From an uncultured Trueperaceae bacterium (GTDB lineage Bacteria; Deinococcota; Deinococci; Deinococcales; Trueperaceae), in the NCBI GenBank assembly GCA_963815215.1, contig CAWFFU010000003.1, positions 896,001 to 960,000 of the forward strand: a DNA stretch of 64,000 bases, given 5' to 3'. The notes under the pieces were generated by a model. The model worked only from the letters and a program-made list of their open reading frames with translations, did no database searches and was not told the origin of the DNA. Position numbers and translations under genes: made by a program. Shown in pieces: positions 42,917 through 54,761 of the stretch (the first letter of the stretch is position 1; the number at the start of each line of letters is the position of its first letter).

Positions 42917-45900
42917 TCAGCCGACCTGGTAGAGAACGTCCTGGATCGCCGACACCACGTCGCCCTGCTTGAGGCCGCGCTTCTTGATGCTGAACCCGGG
43001 CGGATAGCGCGTGGCTTCCACCGAGAACGGCAGCGCCTTGAGCTTGCGGTTGTCGAAGTCGAGGCTGTCCAGATCGTCCGAGAAGCTGAGCTGCACGTCC
43101 GTCATGTGCTCCTTGACGGTGACGACCCCCTTGCCGGCCGCCAGCAGCCGCAGCCTCACCAGCTCCACGAAGGCCTTCACCTCGGCCGGGAAGGGCCCGT
43201 AGGCCTCGCGCATCTCCTTGGCGATGCGGCCCACCTCGGCCAGATTGCCGGTCTCCGAGAAGCGGCCGTAGTAGTTGATGCGCACGTCGTCGTCCTGGAT
43301 GTAACCGGGGCTGAGGCGTGCGTCCAGGACGAGATCGATGCTGACGGGCGGGACCTCCGCTGCGGTCTTCTCCCCCTTCAGCTTGGCGACCTCCTCTGCC
43401 AGCAGCTCGGTGTACACCTCGATCGACACCGCCGCGATCTGGCCGTGCTGCTCGGGCCCGAGAAGGTTGCCCACGCCCCGGATCTCCATGTCCTTCTCGG
43501 CCAGCAGGTGCCCGGAGCCGAGGTCGTTGAGCTCGGCGATAGCGTAGAGCCGCCGCTGCGCCTGGTCGGTGAGCTTCCCCGGGTAGAGCAGGTAGGCCCA
43601 CGCCTCGGTGTCACGGCGGCCGACGCGCCCACGGAGCTGGTAGAGCTGTGCCAGCCCCAGCCGGTCGGCGCGCTCGATCACCAGCGTGTTGGCGCCGGAG
43701 ATGTCGAGCCCGGATTCGACGATGGTCGTCGACAGCAGCACGTCGAACGCGCCCTCCTCGAAGCCGAGCATGATGTCCTCGAGCTCGCTCGCATCCATCT
43801 GCCCGTGCGCCACCCCGATGCGGGCCTCCGGCACCAGCTGGGACAGGGTGCGGGCGCGTAGGCTCATGGCGCCGATGCGGTCGAAGATGTAGAACACCTT
43901 GCCGCCCCGCTCGATCTCGTACAGCACAGCCTCCCGCACGACCATCGGGTCGTAGGGCTGCAACACCGTCTGGATCGGCTTCCGGCCCTCGGGCGGGGTC
44001 ATGATCTGGGAGACGTCACGCAGCCCCACCAGGCTCATGTAGAGCGTCCTGGGGATGGGGGTCGCCGACAGCGACAGCACGTCGAGGTTGGCCTTCAGGC
44101 CCTTCAGCTTCTCCTTCTGTCCCACGCCGAAGCGGTGCTCCTCGTCGATCACCAGCAGACCCAGCCGCTTGTACACGAGCGCCTCGTTGAGCAACCGGTG
44201 GGTTCCGATGACGATGTCCACGGTGCCGTCGGCGAGCCCCTTGAAGATGGCGCGCGCATCGCGGTCGCTGGTGTAGCGCGAGAGCATCTCGACGCGCACC
44301 GGGAGGCCCTCGAAGCGTTCCCGGAAGGTGTCGTAGTGCTGCCTGGCCAGAACCGTCGTGGGCACCATCATCACGGCCTGCGCGCCGTTGCCCACGGCGC
44401 GGTGCGCCGCCCGGATGGCGACCTCGGTCTTGCCGAACCCGACGTCGCCAGAGATCAGTCGGTCCATCGGGACCTCGCGCTCCATGTCGTCGAGCACGTC
44501 CTCGACCGACCTCGCCTGGTCGACGGTGAGCGTGAACGGACAGTTCTCCTCGATCAGCGGATCCCACTCGGAGGCGGCCGGAAAGGCTGTGCCCGTACTC
44601 ACCTGGCGCGCGGCGTAGGTCTTGATGAGCTCGGCCGCAAGCTCCTGCGCACTGACCCGGGCCCGCTCCCGCGCGCGCGCCCACTCGTTGGTGCCGAGCG
44701 TCGAGAGGCGCGGGGGATCGTCGGTAGTGCCGGGGTGGCGACGCAGCAGCGGGAGCTGCTCGACCGGCAGATAGAGCTTGCCCTCTCCTGCGTACTGGAG
44801 CTGCAGGTAGTCGCGGGTCACGCCCACCACTTGCCGGGGCTCGAGCCCCAGGAAGCGGCCGATGCCGTGATCGGGATGGATCAGATAGTCGCCCACGGTG
44901 AGCTGCGAGGCGTCGTGCACGCTCCGTCCGGGCAGCTTGCCGAGGCGGCGCCCGCCCTGGTAGCCGTACAAGAGCTCCTCGCTGAGCACGACCTCCATGC
45001 GCTCGGGATCACGGTAGCCGCCGCGCGCGCCGCGACCGAGCACCAGCGACACCTCGCCTGGCCGGTGACCGACGCGGGCGTGCCAGGCGCTCGGGAGGTG
45101 CTCGATCACCTTCTCGCGCAGGTAGCGACCGGTACGCTCGAACTTCAGCAGCACGTGCACGCTGTAGCCGTCCCGGAGCCAGGTCTCGACGTCCGCCGCC
45201 ACGTCGCGAAGCTTGCCGCGGTAGTACCCCAGGGGTTGGAGCGGCACGCCGACCACGTCCAGGTCGAGCGGATCCCGCCCGAAGGACACCACCGTGCGAC
45301 CGGCCAGATGACGCCACAGCCAGGCCGTCCGCTGTTCGTCGCCGAGCTCGCCGGCGAACAGCTCCGGCACGTCGAGGAACACGGTGCCGGGCAGGTGCTC
45401 GAGCAGGCGCGTGCTCCAGCTGCTGCGGTCGAGCGGGGCGCCGTCCAGAGGGGCGATCAGCGCACGCTCCAACGAGCGGCCGCCCCGGGTGAGGCCATCG
45501 AGCTCGGTGCCGAAGAACGACAGCCGGAGCTCGTCGTCGGGGTCGTCGGCGTCGAGGTAGAGCGAGAGCGTGTCGCCGCGCACCGTGAAGCCGGGTAGCG
45601 CGTCGCGCTCGTAGCCGTAGGCCATGAGCCGCTCGAGCAGGGCGTCGCGCGGGAACGACCCTCCCAGGCGGAGCTCGAGCGCCAGTTCGGAGGGGTCGTC
45701 GGGGAAGCGCCTGAGCGCACTCCCCAGGCTCAGCACCACCTTCTCGTGCCGCTCGAACCAGTCGCTCAGGCCGGGGTCGATCGTGGCGGACGCGCCGAAG
45801 AGGTGGGCGTCGCCGAACAACTGCAGGCGCTCGTCGGTGGTGAGCAGGACGGCGGGACCGTCATGGCGCGCGAACAACGCCAGGCGCGCCGCACTGGGTT

Positions 45901-45949
45901 GACCCAGGACGCGCCCGGCCGCGAGCGAACTGGGCGTGGCCACGTGCAT
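42917..45949 (-). CDS. mfd: Transcription-repair coupling factor
   Basis: [58 protein letters not shown]. Confidence 0.96.
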   Translation of the reverse strand: MHVATPSSLAAGRVLGQPSAARLALFARHDGPAVLLTTDERLQLFGDAHLFGASATIDPGLSDWFERHEKVVLSLGSALRRFPDDPSELALELRLGGSFPRDALLERLMAYGYERDALPGFTVRGDTLSLYLDADDPDDELRLSFFGTELDGLTRGGRSLERALIAPLDGAPLDRSSWSTRLLEHLPGTVFLDVPELFAGELGDEQRTAWLWRHLAGRTVVSFGRDPLDLDVVGVPLQPLGYYRGKLRDVAADVETWLRDGYSVHVLLKFERTGRYLREKVIEHLPSAWHARVGHRPGEVSLVLGRGARGGYRDPERMEVVLSEELLYGYQGGRRLGKLPGRSVHDASQLTVGDYLIHPDHGIGRFLGLEPRQVVGVTRDYLQLQYAGEGKLYLPVEQLPLLRRHPGTTDDPPRLSTLGTNEWARARERARVSAQELAAELIKTYAARQVSTGTAFPAASEWDPLIEENCPFTLTVDQARSVEDVLDDMEREVPMDRLISGDVGFGKTEVAIRAAHRAVGNGAQAVMMVPTTVLARQHYDTFRERFEGLPVRVEMLSRYTSDRDARAIFKGLADGTVDIVIGTHRLLNEALVYKRLGLLVIDEEHRFGVGQKEKLKGLKANLDVLSLSATPIPRTLYMSLVGLRDVSQIMTPPEGRKPIQTVLQPYDPMVVREAVLYEIERGGKVFYIFDRIGAMSLRARTLSQLVPEARIGVAHGQMDASELEDIMLGFEEGAFDVLLSTTIVESGLDISGANTLVIERADRLGLAQLYQLRGRVGRRDTEAWAYLLYPGKLTDQAQRRLYAIAELNDLGSGHLLAEKDMEIRGVGNLLGPEQHGQIAAVSIEVYTELLAEEVAKLKGEKTAAEVPPVSIDLVLDARLSPGYIQDDDVRINYYGRFSETGNLAEVGRIAKEMREAYGPFPAEVKAFVELVRLRLLAAGKGVVTVKEHMTDVQLSFSDDLDSLDFDNRKLKALPFSVEATRYPPGFSIKKRGLKQGDVVSAIQDVLYQVG

Positions 45950-46081
45950 GGTTTCTCTCCCGTGCGCCCGTCGGCGCAACCCATGAATCCTACCGCGCTC
46001 CCCGCTGCCGCCGGGTGCTCCGCCGACATCGAGCGCCGGCACCACAGCACCATCCGGGAACCGCGGTCCCGCGTGCAGGGG

Positions 46082-46903
46082 TCAGTCCACGGCCTCCTCG
46101 GGGAAGCGCAGGGCGGCGCCGTAGGCATCGTTGCGGGGCACGCCCAGCGCCGCCAACGCCGATCGCAGGACGGCGCCCCGCACCCCTGCGCCCGCGAGGG
46201 CGTCGATCACCCGCCGGTGCTCGGCGTCCGGGTCGGCGGGCTCGGCCGGACCCACCACCACCACGATCTCGCCGCGCACCCGCTCGCCGTCGTAGCGCTG
46301 TGCCAGCGCGGCGAGCGTGCCTCGCACCGTTGTCTCGAAGCGCTTGGTGAGCTCCCGGCTGACGCTGGCCTCGCGCTGTGGGCCACATGCCGTACCGAGT
46401 TCGTGCAGCGTGCCCGCCAGGCGCTGCGGGGCCTCGTACAGCACGCTGGTGGCGGTGGCGGCCGCGATCGCCTCGATGCGCCGGCGGCGCTCCGCGCCCT
46501 TACGGGGTAGGAATCCTTCGAAGGTGAAGCGCGCCGCGGGCAACCCAGACAGCACCAGCGCCGGCACGAAGGCGGTCGGCCCGGGGAGGGCCTCCACCGC
46601 GACCTCCATCGCCACAGCGCGACGGACCAACTCGGCGCCGGGATCGCTGATGCCGGGCGTGCCCGCGTCGGTGACGTAGGCAACGTGCTCGTAGCGTTCG
46701 AGCAGGCCGGCCGCCCGGGCATCCATGGTGTGAGCGTCCAGACGCTCGAGCGGCGTGGTGATCGCGTAGTGGTCGAGCAACACGCGGCTGCGACGGGTGT
46801 CCTCTGCGGCGACCACGTCGGCCTGCCGGAGCACGTCCAGCGCGCGCCGCGTGATGTCTTCGAGGTTGCCGATCGGCGTGGGGACGAGACTCAGTCGACT
46901 CAC
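46082..46903 (-). CDS. rsmI: 16S rRNA C1402 2'-O-methyltransferase
   Basis: PTPIGNLEDIT, AEDTR, DAGTPGISDPG, RELTKRFE. Confidence 0.95.
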   Translation of the reverse strand: MSRLSLVPTPIGNLEDITRRALDVLRQADVVAAEDTRRSRVLLDHYAITTPLERLDAHTMDARAAGLLERYEHVAYVTDAGTPGISDPGAELVRRAVAMEVAVEALPGPTAFVPALVLSGLPAARFTFEGFLPRKGAERRRRIEAIAAATATSVLYEAPQRLAGTLHELGTACGPQREASVSRELTKRFETTVRGTLAALAQRYDGERVRGEIVVVVGPAEPADPDAEHRRVIDALAGAGVRGAVLRSALAALGVPRNDAYGAALRFPEEAVD

Positions 46904-47112
46904 CGAGCACGGCCGCGGACCTGCAGATAGACCGGTCGGAGCACACGGCCGCGGCTCCGCCGACGGGTGTTGCGTCGCAGCGCGGCGCGCAGCGTCGCCC
47001 GGATGAACTCCGCCTCCCCGATGGTGACCGTCACGACCGCTCCCTCGGGCAGCCGAACGCCCTCTTCGAGCACCACCTGGCCACCCTGGACGCGTCCCCT
47101 ATAGGCCCGCAC
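46900..47112 (-). CDS. Small basic hypothetical protein with an AbrB/AF2212-like beta-hairpin N-terminus
   Basis: MRAYRGRVQGGQVVLEEGVRLPEGAVVTVTI; RBS GGAGAG; overlaps rsmI start. Confidence 0.6.
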   Translation of the reverse strand: MRAYRGRVQGGQVVLEEGVRLPEGAVVTVTIGEAEFIRATLRAALRRNTRRRSRGRVLRPVYLQVRGRAR

Positions 47113-47404
47113 GGCTCTCCTCCTCGGTCTCCAGCAGGCGCAGAGACGCGCTCTCGACGACGCTCGCGGCACCCGCGGGCGCGCCGGGCGCGCCGCGCGG
47201 AGCGGAGGGGGCGCGGCGAGACGGCCGGCCCGGACGCCGCAACAGCGTGCGCACCAGCCAGAACGTCACCCAGGCCACGGCGAGCACCAGCGACGCCACC
47301 ACGCTCGCGCCGCGCGTGAGCCCCAACTGCTCGCACGCCTGGACCAGCAGCGGAAGCGCGAACGACGTCGCGGCCAACAGGGCCAACACCGCCACGTAGT
47401 TCAC
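47099..47404 (-). CDS. Small two-TM hypothetical protein
   Basis: Two hydrophobic segments; overlaps the next gene; start uncertain. Confidence 0.45.
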   Translation of the reverse strand: MNYVAVLALLAATSFALPLLVQACEQLGLTRGASVVASLVLAVAWVTFWLVRTLLRRPGRPSRRAPSAPRGAPGAPAGAASVVESASLRLLETEEESRAGL

Positions 47405-47530
47405 CCGGGATCCCGTCCTTGCCCCACGGCTCCAGGGTAGCAGGTCGGCACACATGCGCTCCATCCGCGCCGGCCGTAGCGGCGGCTCAGCCGTGGGTCA
47501 CACGTCCCTGCGAAGGTCGCCGGATTCCCC

Positions 47531-47550
47531 TATAATACCCCCTGTGGGTA
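47531..47550 (+). promoter_or_regulatory. -10 box with overlapping CsoR-family operator
   Basis: TATAAT (47531-47536) then TACCC-CCTGT-GGGTA, a C-tract/G-tract inverted repeat. Confidence 0.75.
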
Positions 47551-47629
47551 CCACTCGCGGCGGCAGATCGGAGTCGGTTCCGATCCGTCCACGTGATCCC
47601 CGGGCCGGGTGGGCCGTTTGGAGCGAGCC

Positions 47630-47893
47630 TTGAACATCAGCGACGACGAGAAGCGCAAGATCATCAACCGGCTGAGGCGGCTCGAAGGCCAGGTCCGCGG
47701 GCTGCAGAAGATGATCGACGAGGGGCGCGACTGTCACGACGTCCTGATCCTCCTCGCCGGGGTGCGCAAGGCGCTGGACGCGACGGGTGACGTGATCCTC
47801 GAGAGGTTCCTCGACTCCTGCCAGGCCGATTTCCGGGAAGGGCGGGGCGACATCGAGGAGATGATCAGCGCCGTGCGCCTGGCGCGCGGCTGA
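47630..47893 (+). CDS. CsoR/RcnR-family repressor with x-Cys-x-Cys (CstR-like) fingerprint
   Basis: INRLRRLEGQVRGLQKMI, DCHDVL, ERFLDSC; GGAG before TTG start. Confidence 0.88.
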   Translation: MNISDDEKRKIINRLRRLEGQVRGLQKMIDEGRDCHDVLILLAGVRKALDATGDVILERFLDSCQADFREGRGDIEEMISAVRLARG

Positions 47894-47924
47894 ACCGCAC
47901 GCCGGGCCCGAGCGGGCGCAGGCG

Positions 47925-49043
47925 TCAGCCACCGGCCGTACTGTAGATCCATCGCACCAGCCGGGTGTTGGGGTAGTAGTAACCGAGGATCTGCGTGTAG
48001 TCGTAGTTGCGCTCGGCCAGCGCCCTGGCGCCGTACTGGCTCATGCCGACGCCATGCCCCCAGCCCTCGCCCTGCAGCTCCAACCCGCCGATCACCGAGA
48101 AGCGCGTCGACCGCAACCCCCAGTCATGCGCCAGCTCACCGAGTTGTATGCCCGTCACCGTCGCGCTGCCCGCGCTGCCCAGCACCTCCAGCAGATCGAC
48201 ACGGCCGGAATCGCTCCGCTGCAGGACCCGGAGGCCGGTGACCGTGCCGACGCGCTTGCCGAGCCGCGCCAGCGACGAGGCGACGGTGCCGGCGTCGAGG
48301 CGGACCTTCCAGCGATCGACGCTGCCGGGAGCGGTCGCGTCGGCCCGCGCGACCAGATACGGTACGGCGACGCCCCACACCTCGCGACTCGAGGCCGTGG
48401 TGCCCCCCGAGTCGGCGTGGTAGTAGGTGCGCGCCACGCGTCCCGCGTACGTCACCACGACCCCTTCGGTCTGGGCCACCGCCCGATCGGAGCGCGCTTG
48501 CTCGGCGCCCATGCCACGGTAGACCTGGCAGTCGACGGTGGCGCACAGGTCGTAGTCCGCTGCCGGCCGCAACGAGCTGAGCGCATAGCTTCGGGCCGCC
48601 ACCGCCTGTGCCTCCAACGCCGCCATCGGCCAGCTCGCCGACATCTCCGCGGGGACCACGCCTCGCAGGTAGGCTTCCACGTCCAGCACGTTCACGACCT
48701 CGACGCCGTTGGCGGCCGCGATCAGACGCAGCGAGCCGCGGTAGCGACGGCCGCCGAAGGCCAGCGGTGCGCCCTCCCCCGTCAACTGCAGGGTGTGCCC
48801 CAGCTTGGCGCCGTCGACGACCAGGCTGCCACCCACTTCGGTGACGGGCCAGCGCAGGCCGGCGCCGGCGTGGAAGGCTCGGGCCCCGTCGATGGTGCCG
48901 TCGTGGGCACCTTCGGCGACCACCACGGCCTGCGAGGTCGTCGCCAGCAACACGCGCACCGTGGCGCCCGCCCTGGCAACGCCGACCGGCACGAGCGCAG
49001 CCAGGACGAGCAGGGAGCTCAAGGCGAGCAGGCGGGGACTCAT
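47925..49043 (-). CDS. SpoIID/LytB domain protein (lytic transglycosylase-like)
   Basis: EAYLRGVVPAEM, AQAVAARSYA, CQVYRG, GHGVGMSQYGA, ILGYYYP. Confidence 0.92.
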   Translation of the reverse strand: MSPRLLALSSLLVLAALVPVGVARAGATVRVLLATTSQAVVVAEGAHDGTIDGARAFHAGAGLRWPVTEVGGSLVVDGAKLGHTLQLTGEGAPLAFGGRRYRGSLRLIAAANGVEVVNVLDVEAYLRGVVPAEMSASWPMAALEAQAVAARSYALSSLRPAADYDLCATVDCQVYRGMGAEQARSDRAVAQTEGVVVTYAGRVARTYYHADSGGTTASSREVWGVAVPYLVARADATAPGSVDRWKVRLDAGTVASSLARLGKRVGTVTGLRVLQRSDSGRVDLLEVLGSAGSATVTGIQLGELAHDWGLRSTRFSVIGGLELQGEGWGHGVGMSQYGARALAERNYDYTQILGYYYPNTRLVRWIYSTAGG

Positions 49044-49148
49044 GCGAGGTCAGTATGGCTTCGTGCGGGCGCGCGCGGCATCTGAAAATCGCACACCGGC
49101 CGATGTCGTGCCGTGCGCGTGGGGCCGCCGTGCGAAGATGGGGCCACC

Positions 49149-50003
49149 ATGTTCCAGAACGGATTGCTCGAGGGCAAGGTCATCGTCGTCACCGGCGGCG
49201 GCAGCGGTCTGGGCCGCAGCATGAGCCAGCGGTTCCTGCAGCTCGGCGCGCGCGTCGCCATCGCCAGCCGCCGTTTCGAGCTGCTCGAGCGCGAAGCGCA
49301 GGCGCTCGCCGCCGAGACCGGCGGAGAGGTGCTGCCCTACGCGCTCGACGTGCGCGACGCGCACAGCGTGGGCGGCCTCTTCGACGCGGTCGAAACCCGT
49401 TTCGGACGGATCGACGCGCTGGTCAACAACGCCGCCGGGAACTTCATCTCCCCCACCGAACGGCTCAGCCCCGGCGCCTTCGACGCCGTCCTCGGCATCG
49501 TGCTCCACGGCACGGTCTACTGCACGCTGGAGCTCGGCAAACGCTGGATCGCGCAGGGGCGGCCCGGCGCTGTGTTGAACATCGCCACCACCTACGCGGA
49601 GACGGGATCGGGCTACGTGGTGCCGTCGGCGGTCGCCAAGGCGGGCGTGGTGTCGCTCACCCGCTCGCTGGCCGGCGAGTGGGGCAAGCACGGCATCCGG
49701 CTGAACGCCATCGCGCCCGGACCGTTCCCGACCGAGGGCGCCTGGAGCCGGTTGATGCCCACCGAGGAGATCCAGGCCCTGTTCGAGCGCCGCATCCCAC
49801 TCGGGCGGGTGGGGCGGCACGAGGAGCTGGCCAACCTGGCGAGCTACCTGCTCTCCGACCAGGCGGGGTTCATCTCCGGCGACCTGATCTACATCGACGG
49901 CGGCGAGCACAGCTACGGCGCCGGCGAGTTCAACGTGCTCGACGCGGTCCCGGAGCAGACCTGGGACGCCATGGAGCTCGAACGACGGAAGCGTCGGGGC
50001 TAG
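49149..50003 (+). CDS. SDR oxidoreductase, 2,4-dienoyl-CoA reductase-like
   Basis: TGGGSGLG, NNAAGNFISP, AKAGV..LTRSLAGEWG, IAPGPFPT. Confidence 0.88.
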   Translation: MFQNGLLEGKVIVVTGGGSGLGRSMSQRFLQLGARVAIASRRFELLEREAQALAAETGGEVLPYALDVRDAHSVGGLFDAVETRFGRIDALVNNAAGNFISPTERLSPGAFDAVLGIVLHGTVYCTLELGKRWIAQGRPGAVLNIATTYAETGSGYVVPSAVAKAGVVSLTRSLAGEWGKHGIRLNAIAPGPFPTEGAWSRLMPTEEIQALFERRIPLGRVGRHEELANLASYLLSDQAGFISGDLIYIDGGEHSYGAGEFNVLDAVPEQTWDAMELERRKRRG

Positions 50004-50028
50004 CGGCGAGGGGACGGCGCGAGGCCGC

Positions 50029-50449
50029 TCAGAGCAGGTTCTCGTTGGGCAGGCGCAGGCGGAACAGGCCGGTGGCGTCGTTGAACTGCAGCACGACGCT
50101 GTAGTCGCCCTGGCCGGCCTTGAAGCTCTGGTCGATGGCGATGCGGTCGCCGGTCTGGTAGGTGCGATCGAAGAGGGTCCGCGCCGGTCCGGCCGGCGTG
50201 TTCGATCTGGACGCTCTCGGGCCGCTGGAAGATCACCTTGACCTCAACGCTGCCGTGGCGCACCGATCCGCTCAGGCGCACCGGGATCGCTTCGGCGGTG
50301 AACGCCTGGCGCGACGCCTGCCCCGTCGCCGTCATCTTGTAGACGAAGATGGGCGTGTGCGACGGGATGCCCAGGTACCAGCCGTGCGTCTCGCCCACGG
50401 CGAAGAACACCACGACGACCAGGATCACGAAGGTGAGGAAGCCCCGCAT
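50029..50449 (-). pseudogene. Membrane-anchored hypothetical protein with a 1-nt frameshift near 50206 (pseudogene or sequencing error)
   Basis: After ...RPESVQ the GC3-rich frame continues one base over as SNTPAGPARTLFDRTYQ...FRLRLPNENLL-stop; span is 421 nt (3n+1). Confidence 0.75.
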
Positions 50450-50529
50450 TGGCCGAGTATACGGGACAAGGCCGCGCCGGGCGGGGAATATCCCACCCGG
50501 CGCGATCGACGTGCGCCGCCGCGTGAACG

Positions 50530-53265
<2,736 letters not shown>

Positions 53266-53550
53266 GCTGACTCCTTCGCGTGGAAGAGGGCGTCGGATCC
53301 GCTGGGGGCCCGCCCCGACATCGGGGCGCGTACGGGGCTTCGTCGATCCGGTGGGCGGGGTCGCGCGCCGTCTGGCGCTTCCCCGGCTCCGCCGCCGCGG
53401 ATTCCAGTCTAGCGGCTGCTGCCCGCCTCTCAGGTCGCCTTGCGGGCCCTGCGCGCCCCGGCGCCCGCTGGCGGGGCACGGCGGCCCCGCATGGCGGGAA
53501 CGGTACCCGCCCTCTCCATCCGGTCCCAGTCTCGAACTACACTACATGAC

Positions 53551-54240
53551 ATGAAAGAGCACCAGTCACGTAGAACGGTGCCGGATCCCGTACCCGCAGC
53601 GCCCGACCTCAGCTTCCGCGTGGTACGGGACCCGACCGCCGCCGAGCTGCTCATGAACCCGACCACCCTGCGCCAGCTCGCCCCCTTCCTGGGACGGGAG
53701 CGCACAGTGGGCCAGGCTGCGACGGAGAGCGGCGAGCTGGCCAACACCGTGCTCAAGCGCGCGAAGCGCTTCCTCGCCGCGGGGCTGCTCGAGGTGTCCG
53801 GCACCCTCCCCCGCCGCGGCCGGCCCATGAAGCTGTACCGGACCATCGCCGACCTGTTCTTCGTGCCGTTCGAAGCAACCGCCGCCGAGTCGCTCGAGAC
53901 CTCGCTGGCCGAGCGGGACGCCTACTGGGAGCGGTTGCTGAGGCGCAACGTCGTCCGTGCCCGCATGGAGGCTCTGGGCACCTGGGGCACCCGCGTGTAC
54001 CGCGACGAGCGCGGCCGGTTGCAGGTTCAGACGGCGGTCACCCCGGAGGCGGACGCCACCACGCTCGACGCCGCCGCGCCGGCGGTGCTGTCCTCCTGGC
54101 GCGACAGCGTCACCCTCGACTTCGAGGACGCCAAGGCGCTGCAACGCGAGATGTACGAGCTGCTGCTGCGCTACGAGCAGAAGCAGGGAGCGCAGCGCTA
54201 CATCGTACGGCTGGCCCTGGCTCCGGTCGGCCGAGGCTGA
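53551..54240 (+). CDS. Winged-helix (ArsR-like) putative transcriptional regulator
   Basis: LAPFLGRERTVGQAA...FLAAGLLEV...RRGRPMKLYR. Confidence 0.7.
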   Translation: MKEHQSRRTVPDPVPAAPDLSFRVVRDPTAAELLMNPTTLRQLAPFLGRERTVGQAATESGELANTVLKRAKRFLAAGLLEVSGTLPRRGRPMKLYRTIADLFFVPFEATAAESLETSLAERDAYWERLLRRNVVRARMEALGTWGTRVYRDERGRLQVQTAVTPEADATTLDAAAPAVLSSWRDSVTLDFEDAKALQREMYELLLRYEQKQGAQRYIVRLALAPVGRG

Positions 54241-54362
54241 GCTCGCGGCAGGGCAAGGACCGGGCCGGGACGGTGGCGGCATCCCGGCATCACACCATCC
54301 GAGGGACCCGGCCGCCGGCCGCCCGCCGCCCGCCGGTGGGGAGCAGCCTGTACCATGGACCC

Positions 54363-54731
54363 GTGAACAAGACGCGTGCGCGTCCCACCTCCCGCGCCGG
54401 CCTGCCGGCCGCGGCCGCGGCGCTGCTGCTGCTCCTGGCGAGCTGCGCGCCCGCCACCCAAGCGCCCCTGCCCGCCGGTGCCGCCGCCAGACAGCTCGAC
54501 ACCACCGCCAGCATCGTCTACCACCGCATGGCGATCGGCTTCCTCGAGACCGGCGCCTACACCACCAACGTGCTGGTCGACGTCCAACTCCCGGCCGGCG
54601 CCCGCTGGACACTGGAGGCCTACGCCCGCGACGGCTCCTCCTATCGCTTGAGGATCACTTCGACGCAGGTCCCCGGTATCGCCTGGGAGGTGTCGCCCGA
54701 CGGCGTCCGTCGGGTCGCCGCTCCTCACTGA
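54363..54731 (+). CDS. Hypothetical lipoprotein
   Basis: Hydrophobic stretch with lipobox LASC; TACCAT box 6 nt upstream. Confidence 0.7.
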   Translation: MNKTRARPTSRAGLPAAAAALLLLLASCAPATQAPLPAGAAARQLDTTASIVYHRMAIGFLETGAYTTNVLVDVQLPAGARWTLEAYARDGSSYRLRITSTQVPGIAWEVSPDGVRRVAAPH

Positions 54732-54761
54732 TCCAGAAGCTCGTCGAAAGGGTGCCCGCCC

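Noticed and set aside
46908..46954. 11-bp direct repeat CACGGCCGCGG
   Set aside because: Only two GC-rich copies inside coding sequence; plausible by chance and not an array
47925..49043. Sporulation capacity implied by SpoIID and SpoIVB-like genes
   Set aside because: Both domains occur widely in non-sporulating bacteria and no other sporulation genes are present
53266..53411. Hairpin-rich acnA leader as a riboswitch or IRE-like element
   Set aside because: Hairpins are unremarkable at this GC content and no recognisable motif was found
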